This document shows positions 38,579 through 46,162 of a stretch of DNA of 61,550 nucleotides, piece after piece; positions within the stretch are counted from its first letter, which is position 1, and every line of letters begins with the position of its first letter. The stretch is from positions 1 through 61,550 of the forward strand of contig JAHFSU010000008.1 of assembly GCA_023265595.1 (NCBI GenBank). The letters are read 5' to 3'. The DNA comes from Deltaproteobacteria bacterium (GTDB taxonomy: Bacteria; UBA10199; SPLOWO2-01-44-7). A program made the translations under genes and the position numbers. The notes under the pieces were generated by a model that had not been told where the DNA came from, made no database searches, and saw nothing but the letters and a program-made list of their open reading frames with translations.

Positions 38579-39190
38579 ATGATAGATTTCAACATAATGG
38601 CTAAGAAAGAGACACCGAAGGGCCCCGCGAAGATTCCTTCCAAAACGCCCGAACAAGAGGCTAAAGAGGCCGATCTCTTTTTTGAAGAGCTGGAGAACCG
38701 CCTCAAAAATGTTCCGCAGGAAGAGATTCAGGCCGGCGCCAAAAAAATCAGCGATTTTTTGGAAGGAAAAATCGGTTGGGGGGAGGTTTTTAATTTCACT
38801 CCGGAGCAGATCGAACAGATGGCCGAAATGGGCTACACCCATTTCAAAGTGGGTCGTTATCAAGATGCCGAACGATTTTTCAAGGTTCTCACCATTTTGG
38901 ATTGGGACAATTTTTATTATCACTCGATGCTCGGTTCCATCTTGCAGCGCCAAAAAAGAGAAGGGGAGGCGATTGTGGAATATACGCAGGCATTGGAATC
39001 GAATCCCAACGATATCGTCAGTCTGACCAACCGGGGGGAGATTTTCATGAAAAACGGCTGGCTCGCGAATGCGGCGCAGGATTTTGATAAGGCCATCGCG
39101 CTCGATTCCAAAAAAGAAAACAAATGGGCCAATCGTGCGCGCGTGCTCAAAGAACAGTTGGAGAAAAACAGAGCCGCCGCCAAAAAGTAG
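38579..39190 (+). CDS. SycD/LcrH-like class II TPR chaperone
   Basis: GYTHFKVGRYQDAERFFKVLTILD..LGSILQ..EAIVEY. Confidence 0.8.
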   Translation: MIDFNIMAKKETPKGPAKIPSKTPEQEAKEADLFFEELENRLKNVPQEEIQAGAKKISDFLEGKIGWGEVFNFTPEQIEQMAEMGYTHFKVGRYQDAERFFKVLTILDWDNFYYHSMLGSILQRQKREGEAIVEYTQALESNPNDIVSLTNRGEIFMKNGWLANAAQDFDKAIALDSKKENKWANRARVLKEQLEKNRAAAKK

Positions 39191-39197
39191 GTAATCT

Positions 39198-40127
39198 ATG
39201 GCCGTTGAAAATATTCGCCCCCACATCGAGAGAGACTCCCAAATTCGGCCGACGCTCGAACAGCCGGAACTGATCGATGCCCTTCGCCACGGCAATATCT
39301 ACGAAATTTTAAGGACTCCCGGCATCAATCGCCGCGACCTTGAAGAATATCTGGCCAACCAATCGCGGATTTTTCAAAATCAAATCGTTCAGGATTATCA
39401 AATTTATTCTGAAGAGGGGATGATCCCGACGCCGGAGATCGGCAGCCATTTTGCCGTCCATGCCAAAGAGATGACCCTCTCGGCTCAGGACCATCAATCC
39501 TTCAAGCAGGATATGCAAGCTTTGCAAAATTTTCCGCTCGAAGTTTCGACCGACGGCGCCGCAAAACCGCGCGTGAAATTCAAGGGGATGAAGGCGGATG
39601 TCGCAGGCGGTTCCGGACAGGATGTGGCCGGCATGGCTGAAAAAGATTTGAATCGCTGGAACGATTATTTTTCGGATCTTTCGATGAAGGTAATCGATGC
39701 GCAGGCGATGCAACAGTTGCAATCCAAAACGGCCGAGCTCAACCGCGAAGTGCAGCGGATGGTTTCGCTTGTGATGTCGGGGCAAATTGATCCGGAATAT
39801 GTGCTGATCGCCGCGGCCAAATCGAATATGCTGCAAAACGGCACCTTCTTTTCGTGGAAAGGGCGGCGCATCATGCAACTGAATGAGGAGATGGAGAAGG
39901 TCAATAAGGAATTGATCAAAATGGATCCGTCGGACAGAGGATTTTTATCGGAACAGACAATTGCCGCGCAAAAAACGCGGGCCGGTTCGACGCAGATGCA
40001 GCTCGAAATGATGGACATCCAGAAATTTGCGCAAAATATCGCGACGACGCTCGATTGGGTCAACAACGCCATTCGCCAAATGGCCCAGATGCGTCAGACC
40101 CCGACGCAGGCGATTGCGGCGCGATAA
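39198..40127 (+). CDS. Second putative translocator/tip-like secreted protein
   Basis: Helical; C-terminal half similar to 37317-38510; lies between two chaperones. Confidence 0.55.
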   Translation: MAVENIRPHIERDSQIRPTLEQPELIDALRHGNIYEILRTPGINRRDLEEYLANQSRIFQNQIVQDYQIYSEEGMIPTPEIGSHFAVHAKEMTLSAQDHQSFKQDMQALQNFPLEVSTDGAAKPRVKFKGMKADVAGGSGQDVAGMAEKDLNRWNDYFSDLSMKVIDAQAMQQLQSKTAELNREVQRMVSLVMSGQIDPEYVLIAAAKSNMLQNGTFFSWKGRRIMQLNEEMEKVNKELIKMDPSDRGFLSEQTIAAQKTRAGSTQMQLEMMDIQKFAQNIATTLDWVNNAIRQMAQMRQTPTQAIAAR

Positions 40128-40128
40128 A

Positions 40129-40155
40129 TGGATTCCGGCTTTCGCCGGAATGACG
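40129..40155. repeat. REP-like palindrome
   Basis: tggattccggc-tttc-gccggaatgacg. Confidence 0.6.
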
Positions 40156-40158
40156 AAC

Positions 40159-40683
40159 ATGGAAGAAAAAAAACAGACCGGCACGATCATCGATCCCAAT
40201 CCGGAGCGGCGCAAAAAAGTACTCGAAAAATTCTACGCCTTGCTCGAAGACAAGGTCAGCCTTGCGGAACTGAAGGGGTTCAAACGGGAACATCTCTATC
40301 AACTGGCCGAATCGGGTCATGTCAAGCTCAAGCACGGTCGCCTCGATGAGGCCGAAAAAATATTTCAGGCCCTGACCATGCTCGATCACCGGAACGCCTA
40401 TTTTCATGCGGCGATGGGGGCGGTGCATCAGAAAAAACACAAACCGGTGGAGGCGATTGTGGAATATTCGGTCGCCCTTTCGATCGATTCCAAAGACATT
40501 GTTTCGTTAGTGAATCGCGGTGAAATTTATCTGCGTCACAAAAACTTCCGAAAGGCGGCCGAAGATTTTCGGAGCGCCATTTTGCTCGACATGTCGGGCA
40601 AAAATCTCTGGGCCAACCGCGCCCGTTCCCTCGTCATTGCGATCAAACGTTCGATGGAAAAGACATCTGTCTCTACCAAGTAG
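40159..40683 (+). CDS. Second SycD/LcrH-like TPR chaperone
   Basis: GRLDEAEKIFQALTMLD..EAIVEY..DIVSLVNRGEI..NLWANRAR; clearly paralogous to 38579-39190. Confidence 0.8.
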   Translation: MEEKKQTGTIIDPNPERRKKVLEKFYALLEDKVSLAELKGFKREHLYQLAESGHVKLKHGRLDEAEKIFQALTMLDHRNAYFHAAMGAVHQKKHKPVEAIVEYSVALSIDSKDIVSLVNRGEIYLRHKNFRKAAEDFRSAILLDMSGKNLWANRARSLVIAIKRSMEKTSVSTK

Positions 40684-42328
40684 CGCCGAGAAGGGGAGTG
40701 ATAAAGACCTGGAGAGTTTTTCCGTCGAGTAATTCTTGAGATGACTGTAAACCGACCTGAAGTTGGTTCGTTTTTCCCCAACTGAGAATCAGTCGCTCTT
40801 CGACGCCGACACCGCCCTTGGGCGCTCCTCCCTCATATAGATAAAGAGGGGCTACTCCGCCGATAGCTCCCAGAAGGTCGGCATTTGCGAGGCGGGCCAG
40901 TTTTGTTTCGAGTCCCAAACCGGCCGTCAGTTTTGCCTTTGCCCTGTCTAAAAACGGGTCGCGGGAGGTGACCTTATCCAAAATATTTTGTCCCGCATTA
41001 TCGGCGGAAGGCGCATTTTGGAGGTACAAACCGGTGGAGGAGTAAAAATTTTTGACCGGCATATGGTGGATTTGTTCGTAGCCGACCAGATTGCTTTTGC
41101 CTGTAAGGTGATACGAATAGGTCAAGAGGTGCGATGCGGTTTCACCGGCCCAACCCGTTTCGGCCGTGTCGGGTGAAAGGGTATTGGCCATGATCGCCTG
41201 ATGGCCTGTCATCATCAGAGCGCTTCCGGCTTTGTTATCTTGCAACCCCCATCCCAATGAAAACGCCGCCCCTTGCAACAGGAGTTGATACATTACAAAA
41301 CTCAGCGCCTTCTCGGCATCCGAAGAATGATTGAGAGAGAGTCGATCGGCAATGGCGACGTTCGCCAATTGCATTCCTCCGAGCATCCCTTGCGTCAGCA
41401 TGGTGTTGCTTTCGTCATTCGCACTCAAAACAAAAGCCCCCAAAGTGGCCGCCGCTTCGGAACCGATGAGAACCCATCGTTGATCGGCGTCCGCTTTCAG
41501 ATGCGTATCGAGGCGGCCTCCCATTCCGTTGGCCCCGATGAAGGTGGTCAGAACCATGATAGAAGGGATTCCCTCCAAACGCTGCGAAGAACCCCCGGCC
41601 GATTCTTCTCCGATAAACTGTCGGATTTGAGGCGCCTCGCTGAGGATCGCCGATTTTTCATTCAGGGCCTTGGCCGTTGCATAACTGCTTGCCAAGCGGT
41701 GCGCCGTTGCCGCCGCAAAGTAGTAGAGATCATAATCGTTGAGCCTTTCTGAAGGAGGCGCCGTTGCCGCCGCATCATAGTTGAGTCTGAGCTGGACCCC
41801 CGCCTCCACGGCCATCATCGAAATATTGTTCGATTCCGAAGAATTTTTGGGAATCGAGTTAAAAATTCCAAAATAGGGGGCGACTGCAATGCCAAACTGC
41901 CCCGCTATTCTGAGCTGACCCCACGCGGAAAAAGTGTTTCCAATTTCATAGGTGTCTGTTTCAAAATTGTTTCCCACCCCCACATAAAGATCGGTAGCGG
42001 TTCCATAGGTGAGCCGTTCTTTTCCTGCGGCGGGAAAATGACCCTTGAGATTTTTTTGGGAGACGCCCAAAAGATATTGCGAACGTTCCGATGGCGACAG
42101 ATAGTCACTCCCATCGCTGTTGCCGGTATCCCACAGAAAATTCAGGCCGTAACAGTTGTCCCAATTGGGGCAGGAGTAAATAGTGGCCCCACCTTGTTTG
42201 CCGGAGCCCGATTCGCTTAAGGGTGTATTGATATTTGTGTGCAAGCCACCATAGACTGCCGCGCCAAAAGAGGCGACTTCGGTGGCGGAGCCATGCGGCG
42301 CTGTGATCGGTTTTGTGAGTTCGGACAT
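40673..42328 (-). CDS. Hypothetical membrane-associated protein
   Basis: 551 aa with beta-strand-like ends (terminal W) and central hydrophobic helices; starts 1 nt after the large lipoprotein gene. Confidence 0.6.
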   Translation of the reverse strand: MSELTKPITAPHGSATEVASFGAAVYGGLHTNINTPLSESGSGKQGGATIYSCPNWDNCYGLNFLWDTGNSDGSDYLSPSERSQYLLGVSQKNLKGHFPAAGKERLTYGTATDLYVGVGNNFETDTYEIGNTFSAWGQLRIAGQFGIAVAPYFGIFNSIPKNSSESNNISMMAVEAGVQLRLNYDAAATAPPSERLNDYDLYYFAAATAHRLASSYATAKALNEKSAILSEAPQIRQFIGEESAGGSSQRLEGIPSIMVLTTFIGANGMGGRLDTHLKADADQRWVLIGSEAAATLGAFVLSANDESNTMLTQGMLGGMQLANVAIADRLSLNHSSDAEKALSFVMYQLLLQGAAFSLGWGLQDNKAGSALMMTGHQAIMANTLSPDTAETGWAGETASHLLTYSYHLTGKSNLVGYEQIHHMPVKNFYSSTGLYLQNAPSADNAGQNILDKVTSRDPFLDRAKAKLTAGLGLETKLARLANADLLGAIGGVAPLYLYEGGAPKGGVGVEERLILSWGKTNQLQVGLQSSQELLDGKTLQVFITPLLGATW

Positions 42329-42329
42329 A

Positions 42330-45300
42330 TCAATGGCCCTTTATGATCGAAAATTGCGATTTGGCATCCCGTTCGTTAAAATGAAGCTCAAAACATTTGG
42401 CCCCCTCAAAATCCTTTTCATCCCCTTGCGGATTACAGAGCCATCCGTTGAGGGCGATGAAAATGGTGACATTCTTAAAGGTCAGCGGGTCTTCGCGGGG
42501 GCTGAACTTCCCGACACTCACCACTGAGAAAATGCCGGTTTGCGGATCAATCCGGCGGCCGTGCAAGAACGCCGTGGCATCTTTAACGTCGTTTTTCCCT
42601 GGGTCCGGACACTCCGCCGGAATCTCACCCGATTCATCTTTGGATAAAAGGGGCCCGATATAATGCCAACTGCTATACTTTTTTCCGCCGTATGTCCGAT
42701 TATTGGTGTTTTTGAAACAGATCGGCGGATTGGGGAGATCTTCCTGAGTCAGGTTGATTTTGTGTTCCAAGCGGGCTGTGTTGATCCTCTCTTCCGGCAG
42801 GACATTGTATGCCGAAGAAGCGTCTTTCGGTTTGAGCGTTTCCGTAGTGAAGGCGATGTGAAAGACCTCATCCAACGGCGCTTTGAAGCCGAGCGGTCCG
42901 GAAGGATTGTCGATAAAAGTAGGACCCCAAAAACGGAGTCCGCTATTTTCGGCTGTAAAAGAACCGTCCACGGAATAATGGACCTCTGACATGGCTTCCA
43001 AATCCTGTGGACGATCTTTGACGGCGCAGAGGTCACCGATCTGCCCATTGATAATCGGTTCAAAGGTGGGGCTCGAAAATTTACCGCCGGAAGTATAGAA
43101 AAAGGCGCACGCCCCTTTGTCATCGGCGCCGACGCCGCTTTTACTAAATTTAGCAAGCCCCTCTGCAGAACAGGGATCGATAATTTCACAGGCGCCGCGA
43201 TCAATGGGGGAGCGGGACGACAACGGCCCCGGATAAGAGAGGGAACCGGTAAAAATTCGCCAACCGTTGATTTTCAAGGGGGTCGGTAACGGATGATCCG
43301 GGAAATCGTAATCGTAAAAAATGCCTGTTTTGCCTCCGGTGATATCGGAATCATAAAGCAAGGTTGCAAAATCAAAAAGGTTGGAATCCTCATAATTTTT
43401 GGAGGTTGGTCTTGTATCGAGCTCCCGGAAAATGCCCGTCCATCCATCGCCGGGAATACCCACCACTCTCCCTTTCGAGTCGGTCAGCTCCATTTCATCA
43501 AATGGATCGAGAATAATGGCTCCCAGCATCACGATTCTTTCCTCCTCACCGCTTCGTCCCTCACGGATCATCAAATCGACTTCATCGCTCGAGGCCATGG
43601 CCGCAAGACTCGGTGATGTCGCATTCAAAATAGCGGCGATCGTTTGCGTAATGCGCAAAACCATTTTTCCTTTGAGGGGATCGATGACCGCCACAATAGG
43701 AATGGTTAATGTTGTTGTCTTCAGTGACTGGTCCGGATTGTGATCCGGTTTGCCCGTCGCATCCAGTTTAATGGCATTGACAGTCAGATCAGTTTTGAAA
43801 AGACGCTGACGAACCGGTTGTGCGGGATCTTTATGAAAATTGAGACAACCGAAAAGGGGCATCGTTTCTCGGGTGTATTCCCCCGGTTTCAGATCAAAGC
43901 CCTGTCCCATGAGGGAGACAAAATTGAGATCGAACTTTTCATCCACTTGTCTGCCGCTTGTCGGGTTGATGATCGGAATTGAACAGCGCTTGCCGCTCCC
44001 TGACGGCGGTTGTCGGCCGGCCACTTTTTCCGGCGTGTCGAGCCATTCAAAGAAGGCGGACTCTTTTCCGGAAAGGGCGATCGAGGTAATGCGCAGACCA
44101 CTGTTTGCCGTATCGGCCAATTTTAAAAATACCGGCACGGCCAAGTCGGTTGTCGTTGCGGTCACCTCTTCCATGGCAAAAGTCTCATTGCCAGCTTTGG
44201 CCTTCAGACCCGTTGCCGTTCCAAAATAGGTCTGCAAATCCGGGATATCCTGAATACGGGTTCTCCCTAGTAACTGAATTTTTTTGACAGGGCCACCCGT
44301 TTCGATTTTCAAAACGGCCTTGTCGATCACGTCTTGTCCTGTCACGGCCTGTTTTCCATCCCAGCCCAAAAGATCGGTCGGCAAATAAGCAATGCTGATG
44401 AAAAGCCTCTCTTCCTGAAAATCTTTTTGATAGGGTTTGAGTGCTGTGGGGAGTGTTTCGGGTCTGGCGTTTTCAATGGAGGTTCCTTTCATGATCGAAT
44501 CCTTAAATAATTGGAACTGTCCGGTCGATTTGGAACCGACGAGATCGTCAATATGAATGTCTTTGATGACCATCTTGGCGATGCCGTTATTTTGTATGAT
44601 GACGGTCTGTTTGGACGGGGTGAGGGTTGTTGGGCTGCCTGATAATTCCAGCGAAACAGCCGGAATATTTTTCGTTTCGTTCGGTTTGCAGTCCGCATGG
44701 ACCTCTTCCAACGGCGTCCCCAACGTGTTGATTGGAAGCAATTTGCAGCCGCTGACATCGGGCATTTCGCATCGTTTGCACTGTGTGACCTTCTCTCCGG
44801 CATCGCACCGGATTTTTTGGCATCGAAAATAATCTTTCATTTGTGCCGCCGGCGCCGAAACAGCAGAGAGAAGAACGGCGTCAACATTGGAGGCGGTGGT
44901 TTGCCCCGCATCATCAATCTGATTTACGGCCGTTCTTCCGCCGGCCTTGAGGGCCATGCCGCTCAAAAAGAAACGATCGGCCCCGAAATAAATTTTTTCC
45001 TTAATCATTTTAGGTTGTGGGGTGTCGTTTTGAGTCGGTCTGAAAGTGATGACAAAACGGATGCTTTGGTTTGGTGCGAGAGAGCGTTTTGATTTTCCCT
45101 CCACATCAAAATAAAACGGCCCGATGTGGCTAGGTAATTCCACTTTGACCGGTTTTTTGGAAAGATTGGTTGCCTTGAAATGGGCTGTTTCTTCAAAGGA
45201 GGGGCCGACATCCTGCGGTCCCTGTGCAATGTAGGTCCCCTTGGAAATTTCCAGAATATTTCCATCCGGCAGAGGTTCTTCGGTCATCATCCCCGTTGCA

Positions 45301-46049
45301 TCAAGATGGGTTTTGACAATACGAATGTTTTTGACGCCGCTTTCCGTCTGCGCACAATCGCTTAACGGCGGAGAGATTTTTCCTTCAAAACTGGCCTGAA
45401 GCGAGGCCTTCAACAGATATTCATCCGCTTTGGGAAAAAGATGGCCAACCGTGGTTGCGGCAACCAGCAAAATGGATCCATCCGGCGCGGCGGGCGAGCC
45501 CTTCTGTGGCGGGAGATACTCGAGTGTTTTGGTTTCTCCTGTTGTGAGATCGATTCCCGATATTTCACCGCTGACGCCGAGCACATTAATAAAGAAGGAA
45601 AAATTTTTGATTTCGATATCTCCCTCCGGGGTCCATGTCCCCTCTCCGGTATTTTGCGAACCGTCTCCGGTCCCTTTGCCATTAATGGTCAGCGGGGTTT
45701 TGACCCCTTTGAGATCGATGTCGACATGGATGTCCGGAAAATCGCTTCCTTTGAGAAGAATTTTTTCTCCTTCGATTTCGAAAGGGATCTCCGGCGTATC
45801 GGCACAGAGCAGTTTGGCCGGATCCAATCCCGTTTCAAACTTTTCCCCTTTGATTTTGACACAGAGCTTTGCCGTCAGTTTCAAGGCACAACGGGCGGAA
45901 GAAGAGATATTGGGCTGTTTGTTGTTGGTGGATGGGGGTGTGGCTGAAGACGACTGGGTCGGAAAATAGACCGGATGATAGTCCTCTCCGGCACAGCCTA
46001 TAAAGATGGTCAGGGGGAGTAAAAAAATGAATTTGGAAGCGTTCTTCAT
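42330..46049 (-). CDS. Large Cys-rich surface lipoprotein (1239 aa) with Ig-like segments
   Basis: Signal MKNASKFIFLLPLTIFIG|C; beta-rich segments such as LAPNQSIRFVITFRP. Confidence 0.7.
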   Translation of the reverse strand: MKNASKFIFLLPLTIFIGCAGEDYHPVYFPTQSSSATPPSTNNKQPNISSSARCALKLTAKLCVKIKGEKFETGLDPAKLLCADTPEIPFEIEGEKILLKGSDFPDIHVDIDLKGVKTPLTINGKGTGDGSQNTGEGTWTPEGDIEIKNFSFFINVLGVSGEISGIDLTTGETKTLEYLPPQKGSPAAPDGSILLVAATTVGHLFPKADEYLLKASLQASFEGKISPPLSDCAQTESGVKNIRIVKTHLDATGMMTEEPLPDGNILEISKGTYIAQGPQDVGPSFEETAHFKATNLSKKPVKVELPSHIGPFYFDVEGKSKRSLAPNQSIRFVITFRPTQNDTPQPKMIKEKIYFGADRFFLSGMALKAGGRTAVNQIDDAGQTTASNVDAVLLSAVSAPAAQMKDYFRCQKIRCDAGEKVTQCKRCEMPDVSGCKLLPINTLGTPLEEVHADCKPNETKNIPAVSLELSGSPTTLTPSKQTVIIQNNGIAKMVIKDIHIDDLVGSKSTGQFQLFKDSIMKGTSIENARPETLPTALKPYQKDFQEERLFISIAYLPTDLLGWDGKQAVTGQDVIDKAVLKIETGGPVKKIQLLGRTRIQDIPDLQTYFGTATGLKAKAGNETFAMEEVTATTTDLAVPVFLKLADTANSGLRITSIALSGKESAFFEWLDTPEKVAGRQPPSGSGKRCSIPIINPTSGRQVDEKFDLNFVSLMGQGFDLKPGEYTRETMPLFGCLNFHKDPAQPVRQRLFKTDLTVNAIKLDATGKPDHNPDQSLKTTTLTIPIVAVIDPLKGKMVLRITQTIAAILNATSPSLAAMASSDEVDLMIREGRSGEEERIVMLGAIILDPFDEMELTDSKGRVVGIPGDGWTGIFRELDTRPTSKNYEDSNLFDFATLLYDSDITGGKTGIFYDYDFPDHPLPTPLKINGWRIFTGSLSYPGPLSSRSPIDRGACEIIDPCSAEGLAKFSKSGVGADDKGACAFFYTSGGKFSSPTFEPIINGQIGDLCAVKDRPQDLEAMSEVHYSVDGSFTAENSGLRFWGPTFIDNPSGPLGFKAPLDEVFHIAFTTETLKPKDASSAYNVLPEERINTARLEHKINLTQEDLPNPPICFKNTNNRTYGGKKYSSWHYIGPLLSKDESGEIPAECPDPGKNDVKDATAFLHGRRIDPQTGIFSVVSVGKFSPREDPLTFKNVTIFIALNGWLCNPQGDEKDFEGAKCFELHFNERDAKSQFSIIKGH

Positions 46050-46058
46050 ACGTGGTTC

Positions 46059-46085
46059 TTATCGGCAATAGACGGAAAAGGTTGC
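46059..46085 (-). promoter_or_regulatory. Sigma28-like promoter GCAACCT-N12-GCCGATAA
   Basis: On the minus strand; perfect GCCGATAA ends 9 nt before ATG 46049. Confidence 0.6.
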
Positions 46086-46162
46086 GTGGGCAAGACGCAG
46101 GAGGATGACATGTCGCGTTAACATTCAGGCAACTTTTTGAGTTAGAAGACGAAGACGATATC

